Part shown: piece after piece, positions 29,179-40,091 of the stretch
Layout: each line of letters opens with the position of its first letter
Position numbering within the stretch: the stretch's first letter is position 1
Virus record (IMG/VR): IMGVR_UViG_3300012147_000006
Coordinates: 78,156-142,155 of that record
DNA from: a virus
DNA: 64,000 nucleotides
Reading direction: 5' to 3' (one strand)
The notes under the pieces: model-generated
What the model saw: the letters and a program-made list of their open reading frames with translations, nothing else
Databases searched by the model: none
What the model was told of the DNA's origin: nothing
Position numbers and translations under genes: made by a program

Positions 29179-30444
29179 TCAATTTTCCGATACTTCTGCA
29201 ACCTTTTCTACTTCTTTAATTCTTAAAGTGTCCTTACACAGTTGGATTTCTTCTTTGGTGCCAGTGTGTTTAATTGGATTATCACTAAGCTTAACTGTGT
29301 CAAACCATATGTCTCCAACTTTTACTTGAACAATCTTGATGACCATGTTGAGAGCTTTAACTCCAACGTCATTTGTAAAATGGGTCCCAATTCCAAAAGA
29401 ACTTTTGATTGCCGCAACAGGAGAACCATAAGCTATCGCTGTCTTTATACCAAGGTCTTTACAAAACTTGTATAAGTCAACAGCAATGTCTGTATTAAGA
29501 CCGTCAGAGAATACAATAGTTTTAGAAGATGAGTCAATCTCAAGTTTTCTATAATGAGCTACAACTTTAGTTGCAAACTCAAAAGGGTCGCCAGAGTCAT
29601 GACGAACTCCATCAAATAATTTAGCGAATTTTTTATCGAATGTTTTGAAAAATACATCTGTAGTAAATGTATCAGAAAGTGCAATACCAAGGTCTCCTTC
29701 ATAAACTTTAACCCAGTTCTCAAGAGCTCTGTAGTTTGCCATTGTGTATCCGTAATGTACAGCATGGAACATGAACCATTCATGAGCGTGAGTGCCTATC
29801 GGTTGAATGCCTGTCTTCATTGCAATATGCACATTAGATGTACCTACAAGGAATGGGTTTCCATTATCGAAACAAGAAAGCAAGTCCTCAACTACTTCCA
29901 ATTGGTTGTCATAAGAATATCTTCTACGAGTTCCAAAGTCAGCAACCTTCATTCCGTGAGTGTAGAATTTCTTACCCTTTTCAATATTGTTTGTGTGCCT
30001 CTCGCTTCTGCTCTTAATTTTTTCTCCAGTCATCTGGAAGTAAAGTTCAGATATAAGCGCCATAAGAGGAACTTCCCAAAGGATAGTTCTGTACCAGTAA
30101 CCAGTAATGTTGATTGTAAGGTCGCCACCGTCTTGCGTGATTCCTATTTCAGAAGAGTCATATCTATATGATTTCAAAAAATCAATATATGTAGGCTTTA
30201 AAAAGCTACCGCATTTTTGTGTAAGAAAATCAGCTTCAGAGTCTTTTAAAGATAGTTGTTCCATCTTTTTAAGTTCTTGTCTAAGCCTAAGGTCAAATCC
30301 ATCTGGGAACTTTGTTCCGCCTCTGTTGATGAAATTGTACTTAACCCATTCTCTTTGAAAAAGCTCCACAACAGCTTGTTGTTGGGTAAACTTATATAAA
30401 TCATTATCTATTATAGACTTAATTATACTTGACTTTTCGTTCAT
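29179..30444 (-). CDS. pncB: nicotinate phosphoribosyltransferase
   Basis: D.DLYKFT, DFGTRRR, GTSNV, GTHAHEW, DTF, RHDSGDP, KLSD. Confidence 0.95.
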   Translation of the reverse strand: MNEKSSIIKSIIDNDLYKFTQQQAVVELFQREWVKYNFINRGGTKFPDGFDLRLRQELKKMEQLSLKDSEADFLTQKCGSFLKPTYIDFLKSYRYDSSEIGITQDGGDLTINITGYWYRTILWEVPLMALISELYFQMTGEKIKSRSERHTNNIEKGKKFYTHGMKVADFGTRRRYSYDNQLEVVEDLLSCFDNGNPFLVGTSNVHIAMKTGIQPIGTHAHEWFMFHAVHYGYTMANYRALENWVKVYEGDLGIALSDTFTTDVFFKTFDKKFAKLFDGVRHDSGDPFEFATKVVAHYRKLEIDSSSKTIVFSDGLNTDIAVDLYKFCKDLGIKTAIAYGSPVAAIKSSFGIGTHFTNDVGVKALNMVIKIVQVKVGDIWFDTVKLSDNPIKHTGTKEEIQLCKDTLRIKEVEKVAEVSEN

Positions 30445-30496
30445 AACATTATAGTTTTATATAATATTATACGAACAAATTTACAAAATGTTTCAA

Positions 30497-31186
30497 TTAA
30501 TCCAATCTTTTTGCAGTCCACCCTTTGTGATGTTTTCTCTCCCCTTTAATTATCTTTAGTATATTAGCTCCGCTTAGATTATTTTTTTCGCAAAACAAAG
30601 TCAAACCATTTTCTGTAATGTAAATGTTTCCATCTGGGTCAGTCATCTCAAATTTCTTGATGTTTATTTTTCCTTTTGATGTTTTACTGCGCTTGTCTTT
30701 TGTTGCCTGAGTTGTTTTTCTTTTTTTTCTGGCAATACTTAAGTTTTCCTTATGCTCATCAGTAAACTTCATACCAATTCTGGCTTCACTCATTTTCTTT
30801 TTAGTTTCTTCACTGCGCTTACTTCCGAGGTGTGCTTTTCTTATTTTTTCAGATACCCCAGGAATAGACATTATCCCACCGTCTCCACCATCTGTTAGGT
30901 TTTTTAGATTATACCCTTCTTCTCTGAGTTTTTTAATGTAATAGATTTCTTTATCATCAACTTGGTCACACGATAAACCACTCTCAACAACCACAACAAG
31001 GTTATTGAAATTACTTCCTTCTCTGATAAGTTTTCTTAGTTTGTTGTATTTTGGGAGAGTATTCCCTTCTTTGACTTCAAATAGATGTTCTCTATTTCTT
31101 CTTTTGATGTCACAGGTCTTACCTATGTAAAAATATTGACCCTGGTCATCTATAAATGCGTAGATAGTGTGTTTTATTTCCTCCAT
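30497..31186 (-). mobile_element. GIY-YIG homing endonuclease
   Basis: IY..YIGKT..R..EH, NLTDGGDG, NUMOD3 repeats. Confidence 0.85.
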
Positions 31187-31431
31187 GATTTATGAGTTTT
31201 CTCATAAATAGGAATAAATTTATAAAAGTCGTTGTCATAATTTATTTAAGTTGTTATCCAACTAATTATTATCCTTGTTTTCTAATCTAAAAGGTCACGC
31301 CAATGTAGGCCTTTGTCAAAGTTTGCTCTAGTTACACTCTTTCTATTTCCAATAGAAATAGCAACTATGTATATGATAACTAATAAAGGCAAAATAAAAA
31401 CTGGTAATATAGTATAAAAAAAGCTCATAAT

Positions 31432-31665
31432 TTAATAATCTTTTGACATTCTCTCCAAAGTCTTTGCGCTCTCTTCGTGGTGCAAGTCTTTAAAGTGCGT
31501 TCCAACTTGTTCTTTATGTTCGTTTATAATAGGAACTGGCACATGCACATCCATATTATAAAGAAGTTGATGAAATCTAAGGCTTGGATATTTTTCTATT
31601 GCCTTAGATAATTCTTCAATTATTTTTCTATTAGCCTCTTGTCTTGCGTTATTTTGTTTGTTCAT
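31432..31665 (-). CDS. hypothetical protein
   Basis: YPSLRFHQLL; E2 promoter. Confidence 0.65.
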   Translation of the reverse strand: MNKQNNARQEANRKIIEELSKAIEKYPSLRFHQLLYNMDVHVPVPIINEHKEQVGTHFKDLHHEESAKTLERMSKDY

Positions 31666-31736
31666 AATATTTTTATTTAAAACATTTTTACCTATTCTAC
31701 GTATAATAAAGAAAAATGTTTCAACTATTTAATTAA

Positions 31737-33149
31737 ATGAGCAAAGAAATTAGAAATAAAATAGCAAATATACTTAACGAGGAATTTGGAGAATCTCAAA
31801 AAGACAAGCTCGTTGGGATGTTAAACGCACTTGAATTTAAGAATGACGTTCTTGCAGCAGGAGGAGAAATTTACGCTGTAGGAGGAATTGTGCGTGATGC
31901 AATTATGGGAACGCCAAGTGATGACCTTGACATTGTTGTTCGTGGTGTAGCTTACGACCAGTTATTTGCGATACTTTCTAAATATGGAAAACCGACTGAC
32001 ACGTCTCACGTAGATGAGAATGGTAAGAAGGATTTTGGTTCTACAAAGTTCGTTTCATCAAATAAAGCCTTTAATCAATTTCTTGCAGACAATGGTGCTG
32101 CCAGAGATATTGATGTGATGCTTCCTCGTAAGGACGCAAAGGACGTTGGAGTAAAGGGTCACAAAGGAATTAAATCTGAAGTAAACCCAATGTTTACAAT
32201 TCAAGATGACCTTGAGAGACGTGACATAACAATAAACGCAATCGCCATGGATATGGCTGGCAATCTAATTGTAAATGGAACTGGGGTTGAGGACATTCAA
32301 AATGGTGTCATAAAAGCGGTTAATGCAGATGCGTTTATTGAAGACCCGCTTAGAATGCTTAGAGCTGTAAGGTTTGCTGCAAGATACAATTACAATTGGG
32401 ACCCAGAAACTGTTAGACTAATTAAAGAAAACGCCTCACTTCTTGCTGACAAAGAAGAGTTGCACAGCAGTAGATTCTTAAAAGAGTTTCAGAAGATGAT
32501 TGGTAAAGCTGATTTATCAAGAGCTGTTCGATTGATTGTTGAACTGGGTATGTACAAGCATATTTTTGGCGTAGAGTCAAAGATTCAAGATTACACTAAA
32601 TTTCAATACGCAAATAGCGTTGGGGAGATGGCATACATGATGTTTGACAACGAAGCTTCAGGAACAATTTTAGGACTGGTTAACAACAATATAACAGATG
32701 ACAAATACACCGCTGCCGTTGTAGAGTCTCTAATTAACTACGTTGGCAATGTGAAAAACAAAAACCTTGACTTCATCAAGAGAGTTAATGAGCTTGCTTC
32801 TATCTTTCTTAAAAAAATGGATACAGTTGCGAGAACAGGTCCAGGCGTAGACGTTTTAACAAACTCTTACTACATAGAACCTCATGATAGAGAGATTGCA
32901 AGAAAGTTTTCTACTGGAGAACTTCCAGCTGGAGAAAATGACGTTGCCTTTAAGGGTCAAGAGTTTGCTGAATTTGTAAGAGACATTATAGTAAGCAACC
33001 AGGGTGAGTTTAGTAAATCAAAAGATGGCAGAAAGTTTGGTAACGCAAAAAGACTTGCGCTAACAGCTCTTTACAATGAAGAGATTGAAAACGATGTTGA
33101 TAGTATTAAAAGATTCTTGATTGATTCCGCAAATCAATGGATGCTATAA
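31737..33149 (+). CDS. cca: CCA-adding/poly(A)-polymerase-family nucleotidyltransferase
   Basis: VGGIVRD, DLDI, DL.RRDITINA, EDPLRMLRAVRF. Confidence 0.85.
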   Translation: MSKEIRNKIANILNEEFGESQKDKLVGMLNALEFKNDVLAAGGEIYAVGGIVRDAIMGTPSDDLDIVVRGVAYDQLFAILSKYGKPTDTSHVDENGKKDFGSTKFVSSNKAFNQFLADNGAARDIDVMLPRKDAKDVGVKGHKGIKSEVNPMFTIQDDLERRDITINAIAMDMAGNLIVNGTGVEDIQNGVIKAVNADAFIEDPLRMLRAVRFAARYNYNWDPETVRLIKENASLLADKEELHSSRFLKEFQKMIGKADLSRAVRLIVELGMYKHIFGVESKIQDYTKFQYANSVGEMAYMMFDNEASGTILGLVNNNITDDKYTAAVVESLINYVGNVKNKNLDFIKRVNELASIFLKKMDTVARTGPGVDVLTNSYYIEPHDREIARKFSTGELPAGENDVAFKGQEFAEFVRDIIVSNQGEFSKSKDGRKFGNAKRLALTALYNEEIENDVDSIKRFLIDSANQWML

Positions 33150-33269
33150 ATTTGGTGTCTATTTATTTGCATGAGAGGAAATAGAGGAATAAAAATAGAT
33201 ATATCCTTTAAGATTTTAATTGTTATACTGGCGCTGCTAACAGCTTCTGCCTTGAAGTGTTGTTAAAAA

Positions 33270-33722
33270 TTAACAAACTTCCATAACAGCAAATGCTGGA
33301 ACTCCTTCCATGTAGGCACCTATGATGTTGTATTCATAATTTTCCATTGCCATTGTGTAAAAGCTATAATCTTCATCCTCTTCTAATTATGGGTGAGATT
33401 CATATTCGGTAATCATTTGCTCAATCATCTTTTCTCTATCGTGAAGATAAACTACATAGCCGTCAATATTTAAGTATCCTATAAGGGTATCCTCAAACCC
33501 ATCAGCCTTTAAAGCTCTTGAATTATATTGGCTAACGTGTTCAACTAATTTGTCCATATCGTTTATGATAAATGCATTTATTCCCTCATACATAGGCAAA
33601 ATGGCTCCCCCAAAACGTTCAGCATAACCAATTAGTTTATCTTCATTTTCTTCATCAAACTTAATGCATGGGTCCATTTCCATTAGGTATTGCTTTAGCT
33701 CTTCTCTGTCTTCTTGTTTCAT
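33270..33722 (-). pseudogene. conserved phage protein with in-frame TAA at 33387-33389
   Basis: ADGF...IG upstream; after the stop reads LEEDED...YEYNIIGAYM..VP.F, the usual C-terminus of this family. Confidence 0.65.
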
Positions 33723-33830
33723 AAACGGGTAAATTTTGATTACGAATATACAAAAGTTTTTTTAGCCTTGCAAGAAAGCAGCTAAAATTCCATTTTTTTA
33801 ACTATTTATGATAAAGTATCTCTAACGACT

Positions 33831-34214
33831 ATGGATAAGAAAATAATAAACGAGGAACAATTTAGAAAATTGGTAATCAAGGAAGCAAAAAAAATCTTCT
33901 CTGAGGATGTGAAATCGACTCCAGCAATGGAGAGTGGCAAGGTAGAATCAAAGAGATTGTCTATTGATGAGGTTGAAAGCTTAATCAAAGAGATGGAAGA
34001 GATGAATACTTCAATAACTTCTTTAAGCCTTAGCCTGTTAGGTGAGTCTGAAGCCGCATCTGAAGAAGCAATCGAAGAATCTAAGGGCCCAAATAGAGAC
34101 CTTGATGTTAATGAGCACAATAAGAATAAGAATTATAAGCACATTAATGAAAATGAAAAAGATAGAATCAAAAGAATGTTGAATTACAATGTTCCTAAAG
34201 ATGAGGATAGATAA
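33831..34214 (+). CDS. putative head/virion protein
   Basis: TATTTAT; KLVIKEA and NE.EKDRIKRML motifs. Confidence 0.6.
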   Translation: MDKKIINEEQFRKLVIKEAKKIFSEDVKSTPAMESGKVESKRLSIDEVESLIKEMEEMNTSITSLSLSLLGESEAASEEAIEESKGPNRDLDVNEHNKNKNYKHINENEKDRIKRMLNYNVPKDEDR

Positions 34215-34288
34215 TCTTCATCAATAATATTTTAAAAAGCTCTGGTATCAGGGCTTTTTTTTGTGCTCAAAATTTCTTATAATTACTC

Positions 34289-34762
34289 ATGAATAAATTA
34301 AAAGGAGAATATGTTTTTGCCAAGGATTTAATTAAAGGCGAAGCTGGAGAAGATAAGATTGTAGAGTTTATGGTTGGTCTTGGATTTGAGTTTATTAGCA
34401 GAAACAACGACAATAGATATGATGCTGTAATGAAGTTTGATGAAACTGAATATAAGTATGAATACAAGACAGATATGTATTGCAACCCAACAAATGACAC
34501 AGGAAATCTCGTTGTAGAAATAAGAAGTCGTGGAAAAGATTCAGGCATAACTGTTACTCAAGCAGATTATTTCGTAACATATTATCCTCACCTGGGGGAG
34601 ATATGGAATATAAAAACTTCTGACCTTAAAAAATTAATAGAAGATAATAATATTAGACTAAAAGAAGGAGCAGGAGACCCTGGGAGCAATACTGCTTTTT
34701 ATTTAGTAAACAGAGCTACGTACAGAAAACATTTCAAAGTACACACCATAGCTAAAGTTTAA
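34289..34762 (+). CDS. PD-(D/E)XK nuclease
   Basis: GE..E, YD, EYKTD, TGN.VVE, SGI..T.AD. Confidence 0.7.
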   Translation: MNKLKGEYVFAKDLIKGEAGEDKIVEFMVGLGFEFISRNNDNRYDAVMKFDETEYKYEYKTDMYCNPTNDTGNLVVEIRSRGKDSGITVTQADYFVTYYPHLGEIWNIKTSDLKKLIEDNNIRLKEGAGDPGSNTAFYLVNRATYRKHFKVHTIAKV

Positions 34763-34796
34763 GTTTTGCTGACTATTTATAGAGAAAGCAAATAAT

Positions 34797-34967
34797 ATGA
34801 AATTTATAAATAACTGGAAGAGCCCGAACAAACAATGGGACAAATGGGAATTCAGACTAAGACTTGGCGCTATAGATGTACTTAGACTTAAATACGACCA
34901 CTCAGACAAATATTTTGAATTTAGAGTTATTAACTTAGGTGGAAAATTAGGTGGACGTAGAAAATAA
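34797..34967 (+). CDS. 56-aa hypothetical protein
   Basis: Not in track: MKFINNWKSPNKQWDKW...; TATTTAT upstream. Confidence 0.6.
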   Translation: MKFINNWKSPNKQWDKWEFRLRLGAIDVLRLKYDHSDKYFEFRVINLGGKLGGRRK

Positions 34968-36276
34968 CATACCAGAAGAAGGGAGAAACTTATCTCACAC
35001 AGCAAAAAGAAGCGCTAAGTACAGGAACAAAAAAGGTCCTGCTAAGTATTTCAAGCCGTATAAGAATCTTAAGTACATCGTAATGGACGAAGAAGTTGAG
35101 CCAGATGATGTATCAGTTCCTGTTGCGCCATTAAGAGATGAGTTAAATGCTAAAGTTTGGACTGCAGATAATCAATTAAGACCAGAGGTAAGACAGGCGT
35201 TGATTGATATTGCTAATTCTTATTTTGAAGCGCTTGAGCTTGAGCTGGAAATCAAAGACATTTTGTTTACTGGAAGCCTTGCTAATTATGGATGGACTGA
35301 AGGTAGTGATATTGACTTGCATATTATTGTAGAGTATGGAGAACTTGGAGAAGTTGCATTTCTCGAAGACTATCTTTATCTTAAAAAGAAAAACTGGCTT
35401 GATGCTCACAATATTTCTATTTATGGATTCGAAGTTGAACCGTTTGCAAAAGATGTTGAGAACGAATTTGCCTACAAAGCAATTTATAGCGTTCTAAATA
35501 ACGAATGGGTGGTTCCGCCAAGAAAAGATAAGCCTGTAATTGATTTTGAGACAGTTAAAGAAAAGTCTGCAAGTCTTATGAATGATATTGATAAAATCTT
35601 ATCAATAAAAGATAATGTACAACAATTTGAAGCTGCTGAGAAACTTAAAAACAAGCTTGGCGGATTAAGAAACATTGGCCTACATAAAAGTGGCGAATAC
35701 TCTAATGAGAACCTAATTTATAAAACACTTAGAAGAACTGGGTACCTTGATAAGTTAGGTGATGCTAAAAATGATTCGTTTGATGCTGGGCTGTCACTTA
35801 ACGAAGGAGTTAAAAGCAAAGTTATAAGTGAGAATAAAACTGTAACTCAAAACCTTGGCGCTACTCCAATGGTTCATACACTAAAAGTGCAGAGTGGAAT
35901 TGATGGGATGATTCCAGAAAAAATTAGAATAATAAAAGACTTTATAAGTTTCGTGTGTGGAAAGCTTGGAATGGAAGAACCTGTAAGCGTATGCCTTAGA
36001 AGAGGTAGAGACGCTTATATTGAAACTACAGCTTCGTATGTGCCAGGAGACAATGAAAATCACATTAGATGCAATGGTAGAGCTCTTGTAGACATACTTA
36101 GAAGTATAGCGCACGAACTTACTCACAATAGACAGAGAGAAGTTGGTATGTTCGGAAATGGAGACCAGGTTCAAAATATTGGAGGCCACATTGAGGACCA
36201 AGCTAATTCAGTTGCTGGAATCTTTATAAAAGACTTTACTCACAATTACGGGTACGACAATATTTACGACATTTAA
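34951..36276 (+). CDS. Pol-beta-type nucleotidyltransferase fused to HExxH metallopeptidase
   Basis: TGSLANY..SDIDLH; RSIAHELTH..Q, EDQAN. Confidence 0.75.
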   Translation: MDVENNIPEEGRNLSHTAKRSAKYRNKKGPAKYFKPYKNLKYIVMDEEVEPDDVSVPVAPLRDELNAKVWTADNQLRPEVRQALIDIANSYFEALELELEIKDILFTGSLANYGWTEGSDIDLHIIVEYGELGEVAFLEDYLYLKKKNWLDAHNISIYGFEVEPFAKDVENEFAYKAIYSVLNNEWVVPPRKDKPVIDFETVKEKSASLMNDIDKILSIKDNVQQFEAAEKLKNKLGGLRNIGLHKSGEYSNENLIYKTLRRTGYLDKLGDAKNDSFDAGLSLNEGVKSKVISENKTVTQNLGATPMVHTLKVQSGIDGMIPEKIRIIKDFISFVCGKLGMEEPVSVCLRRGRDAYIETTASYVPGDNENHIRCNGRALVDILRSIAHELTHNRQREVGMFGNGDQVQNIGGHIEDQANSVAGIFIKDFTHNYGYDNIYDI

Positions 36277-36485
36277 AGGTCTGTAAAACTCTTAAGTTTC
36301 ACAGCTTCTTTAGCAATATCTTCATCATGAGGAGAAAGCAAAGTAAATTCACCAAGCAATGATTCTTGAAGTGCTTTTGTAAGCTCTGCAACTCCCTCAG
36401 AGTTTGTTTCATTCATTATTTCTTCCCACATTTCATCACCCTTAAGGTCTTCTTCTGTAAGTGTTATTTCGAATACGTATTTTTT

Positions 36486-37367
36486 TCATAAGTCAAGTAT
36501 GCTTATTTGTTTTCCTGGAAAGTTTAATTTCTTATCTGGCTTAGATATGCCAAATTTCTTTGCAACTTCTTTGATTTGAAAGTTTGCTGAATTATTTCTG
36601 TAAGGACCATAATCTGGAAGTCTTGGGTCAATATAGAACGTGTGGTCGAAGAGCCAGTTTTCTTCAGCGACTCTGATGCACTCGTGAGTAAGAACGTCTT
36701 TGTCTTTAAGTTCGAATTGGCTAACATGAAAAAGGAGCGCAGAATAAGATTTAAGTTTTGATGGCTTCATGGTAACTCCAGCGGAAGCGAAACCAAGCTC
36801 AGACCTTCTATTAAAGGCGTTTGAGTTCATGAATATATCAAGCTCTTTAGTTCTTCTAACATCAGACAAGATGATGTTGTTGTGACCAGCGGCATCAATT
36901 TCCATTGCTTTATTTATCCAATAGTATCCTCCATTGATTTCACGAAGCTTTTCTCCATACCAAATGATAAATGGCCTAAGTCTTTTTTTAACTGGAATGT
37001 CTTCAGTTTGAAAGTCCATCATATCCATTGTAAGAGTTCTCATATCTTCAAGCAAGAGAGCGTCAGAAACATCTGGATGTATGTCTTCAGAGAAGTGCGT
37101 GTTGGGTATTTCTGCAAGGTACTCATAAACAGCTTTCTTAAGATATTTATTCATCTCAATTTTAATGTTGTCAGCAAAAGCTACTCTATGATAACCATAG
37201 TCATCAATAAACTTCTTAGCTATTGTATCTTTTCCGCTTTTTGCATATCCAACTAAACCTAAAATTATTTTGTTATTTAATAATTCATAATTTATCTTTT
37301 CATGCTTTTCTTTAGAAATTAAACAATCTGGAATTTTTATATCAAAATCATACTGATGGTCAAACAT
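36486..37367 (-). CDS. deoxynucleoside monophosphate kinase (T4 gp1-like)
   Basis: GYAKSGKDT, AFAD.IK, SDVR..E. Confidence 0.8.
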   Translation of the reverse strand: MFDHQYDFDIKIPDCLISKEKHEKINYELLNNKIILGLVGYAKSGKDTIAKKFIDDYGYHRVAFADNIKIEMNKYLKKAVYEYLAEIPNTHFSEDIHPDVSDALLLEDMRTLTMDMMDFQTEDIPVKKRLRPFIIWYGEKLREINGGYYWINKAMEIDAAGHNNIILSDVRRTKELDIFMNSNAFNRRSELGFASAGVTMKPSKLKSYSALLFHVSQFELKDKDVLTHECIRVAEENWLFDHTFYIDPRLPDYGPYRNNSANFQIKEVAKKFGISKPDKKLNFPGKQISILDL

Positions 37368-37397
37368 ATTTTTATTTTTTTGTAAAGTTATAATATC

Positions 37398-38198
37398 TTA
37401 CTCATATTTCCAAATAAATCCTTTAGCTGTTTTCGATTTTCCAACACAAGCTCTTCTAATGTTTTCTTCAATACATTTCATTTTATTAGATGCATCTCTA
37501 CAGCTATCAAAAGTTCTTATAAATTCTCCACTTAAATCAAATTGACCAACACGCCTTGCTGTTTTTTTGCCAGATAATTTATATCCAGATTTACCAGTAT
37601 TCCACGGATTTGATTTAGTTTTAAAACTTCCATCGTTAGATTTTCTTTTTCTGTTAATATAGCAATTTATAAAATCATTAAATTGCTTTTCTGTCATAGT
37701 TTCGTATGTAATTTTCCTTAGCCATAAAAACCCTCCAGTAGAAAGTCTTTCTTTATCTATAGATTTAAACATATCTTTTCCAAAAACCCTCCTTGCTATG
37801 ATATAAGATTCAAATTCTTTAACTACCACTCCAGAATCGCTAATTTGAAGTATAGGGATAGAGTTTTCTCCTTTTTTAAAAGATGTTTTGTTTGCAAATG
37901 TACAGCCATCTCCACCGCTAGTATGGTTAACTAAATCAAAGCCCCATGTTTTAATTTGAGAAATCCAATAAGTTTCCCAAAACCTCCAATCATCTAAAGG
38001 AACAATATCTATAACTTCTATTATTGGTTTTAATTTTTTCTTTTTCAAAGACTCAATCCAATTTTTTTTATGAGTTTGATGCTTTCTAGCTTTATTTAAG
38101 TGTGCTCTATATCTTTGTGTTACATTATTAGCTTTACCAATGTATCTAATTTTATTTGTCTCTGGGTCTCTTAGTGTGTAAATATTTGTAAAATTCAT
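37398..38198 (-). mobile_element. GIY-YIG homing endonuclease (NUMOD1)
   Basis: IYTL.DP..IRYIGK, N.T.GGDG, GFIWKY. Confidence 0.85.
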
Positions 38199-38273
38199 AA
38201 TAATGATTTATTATAAATATGAACAAAAAATATAAAAACGAGAGCCCATTAATGCTATATCCGCAAAGACCTA

Positions 38274-38963
38274 TTAAACTGAAACTTTTGCTTTAATTGC
38301 AGGAAGTGGTTTGTAATCTAAAATCTTAATATCATCATATTGAAAGTCGAATATGTTCTTAACGTCTGGATTTAGCCAAATACTTGGTAATTCAGGACCA
38401 TATACATCTGGCATATAATGAATGTTTTTGTTTTCCCAGAAATTAATACCACCAGAACCATTAGAATATGTTCTGTCTAAAAGCTCATTTACTTGGTCTT
38501 TATGATTTGAATACAGGTGAGCATCCCCAAATGTATGAACAAACTTACCAGGCTTCATTCCAGTTACGTGACACATCATGTGCAACAGTAGTGAGTATGA
38601 CGCAATGTTAAAAGGAACTCCAAGAAATGTATCTGCAGAACGTTGGTACAGTTGTAGAGAAAGTTCGTATTTTGGCACTCCCCAACCATCGCAAACTCCA
38701 TGTAAATAACCTTTTTCAACATCCCAATTAGCATCTACACCATTAGTGTTTCCATAATTTACTGAAATGTTCATCCTTTCTCTGGATGTTAATTCTCTTG
38801 CTTGAAACTGGAAGAATGCATGGCAGGGTCTGAGTGCCATCTTTCCTGGTTGGACATGTTTTTTACCAAACTCTTTATTAAATCCTTTATCTGCTTTTAA
38901 CTTTTCTAAAAACTCTTCTTTTGTAAGCGGAGCTCCATCTTCATGTGTATACTTTTTATTCAT
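38274..38963 (-). CDS. thyA: thymidylate synthase, C-terminal half (catalytic Cys)
   Basis: [39 protein letters not shown]. Confidence 0.92.
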   Translation of the reverse strand: MNKKYTHEDGAPLTKEEFLEKLKADKGFNKEFGKKHVQPGKMALRPCHAFFQFQARELTSRERMNISVNYGNTNGVDANWDVEKGYLHGVCDGWGVPKYELSLQLYQRSADTFLGVPFNIASYSLLLHMMCHVTGMKPGKFVHTFGDAHLYSNHKDQVNELLDRTYSNGSGGINFWENKNIHYMPDVYGPELPSIWLNPDVKNIFDFQYDDIKILDYKPLPAIKAKVSV

Positions 38964-38964
38964 A

Positions 38965-39219
38965 TTAATTTATTTTTTGGTTTCCCCATTTGGTGTTATC
39001 ATAAGTAACTGTTTCCATTTTATCAACATTTACAAACACTCCCCAGCCAAACTCTGTTTGATAAAACGCTTCATTATCTTTTAATTGGTATATATCCTCA
39101 TCATTTGGACCTACCTTTAACTTTCGTTTATGAGATAAATTAAATTCCATTGTTTCGTCATAACCATTTAATTTTATGGTTTTTGGTAAATCTATTGTTT
39201 TTGTTATTTTATAATCCAT
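38965..39219 (-). CDS. hypothetical protein inside the thyA interruption
   Basis: 84-aa ORF overlapping the endonuclease stop. Confidence 0.55.
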   Translation of the reverse strand: MDYKITKTIDLPKTIKLNGYDETMEFNLSHKRKLKVGPNDEDIYQLKDNEAFYQTEFGWGVFVNVDKMETVTYDNTKWGNQKIN

Positions 39220-40058
39220 TCTTTAAAATTTTTATTTTTAACTCTACCCCTTACTGTATTTTCAGATAAATCAAGTTGTCTTGCAGCTTCAGCAACGCTT
39301 CTATAAACAACTTCATTTATAGAACATTGTTTATTTTGAGCTGAATTCAAACTTATATTTTTCTTGTGTTCATCAGTTTTTGGCTTTGAGTTAATTTCGC
39401 TCAACATTTTCTTTACTTCATCTGTATGTGTTTTCCCTTTAAAAGGATTATTTTCTTTCATCCACTGGGAGTGACCATCATTTGTTTTACCATTCCAATA
39501 ACCCTCTTTTCCTTTGTTAGCCTCACTTATTTTTTTACTAATAATTTTTCGCTCTTCATCGGGCAAATTTTGGTGCCATTCTTTTCTTTTGTCTGATATT
39601 ATTTTTTTTGTCTCTTCAGTGTGAGTATTTCCATACATTGGATTATTTTCTCCTAATGATTTGTCACCAAAAGATTTTCTCCATTTTTCAATTTCTTCAG
39701 AAGTTCTTTTTCGCCCCCTTGTAGGGTTATTTTCTTTCATCCATTCAGAGTGGTTTTTAGATATTAAATCTTTATCTTGATGGTTCGATATTGTGTCTCC
39801 ACCCTCCCCTCCTGTTGCAATATTATATCCGTTAGGATAAAAAGAACCAAGTTCATTAATCCAAAAGATTTCTCGCTCTGACATTTGCTCGTATGTTTCG
39901 CAATGTTCTAAAATTTCTTTTTTAAAATTATCTTTTCCATAATGCTTTATGGCATTTTTTAAAATCTTTCCACTCCCCAAATAATCAGGGTTATTAAACT
40001 TATCTTTACCAATGTAAAATCTTCCGTTTGCTAAATTTGTTGTTTTGTATATAATCAT
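39204..40058 (-). mobile_element. GIY-YIG homing endonuclease splitting thyA
   Basis: IYKTTN..YIGK, YLGSG, GYNIATGG, NUMOD3 repeats. Confidence 0.9.
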
Positions 40059-40091
40059 AATGGTATTACCTCATTTTATTATAAATACAAA

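Noticed and set aside
25545-30444. Cellular chromosome or host contamination
   Set aside because: The metabolic genes are interleaved with phage homing endonucleases and share phage promoter motifs; surrounding content is phage-like.
14559-33389. Stop-codon recoding (TAG or TAA read as sense)
   Set aside because: Only one internal TAG and one internal TAA were found; both codons terminate many normal genes and long genes are uninterrupted under code 11.
38964-40091. Group I intron, intein or target-site duplication at the thyA split
   Set aside because: No non-coding space or recognisable core motifs and no intein termini. The AAAAAATAAA at both ends is low complexity, and joining there gives an in-frame stop.
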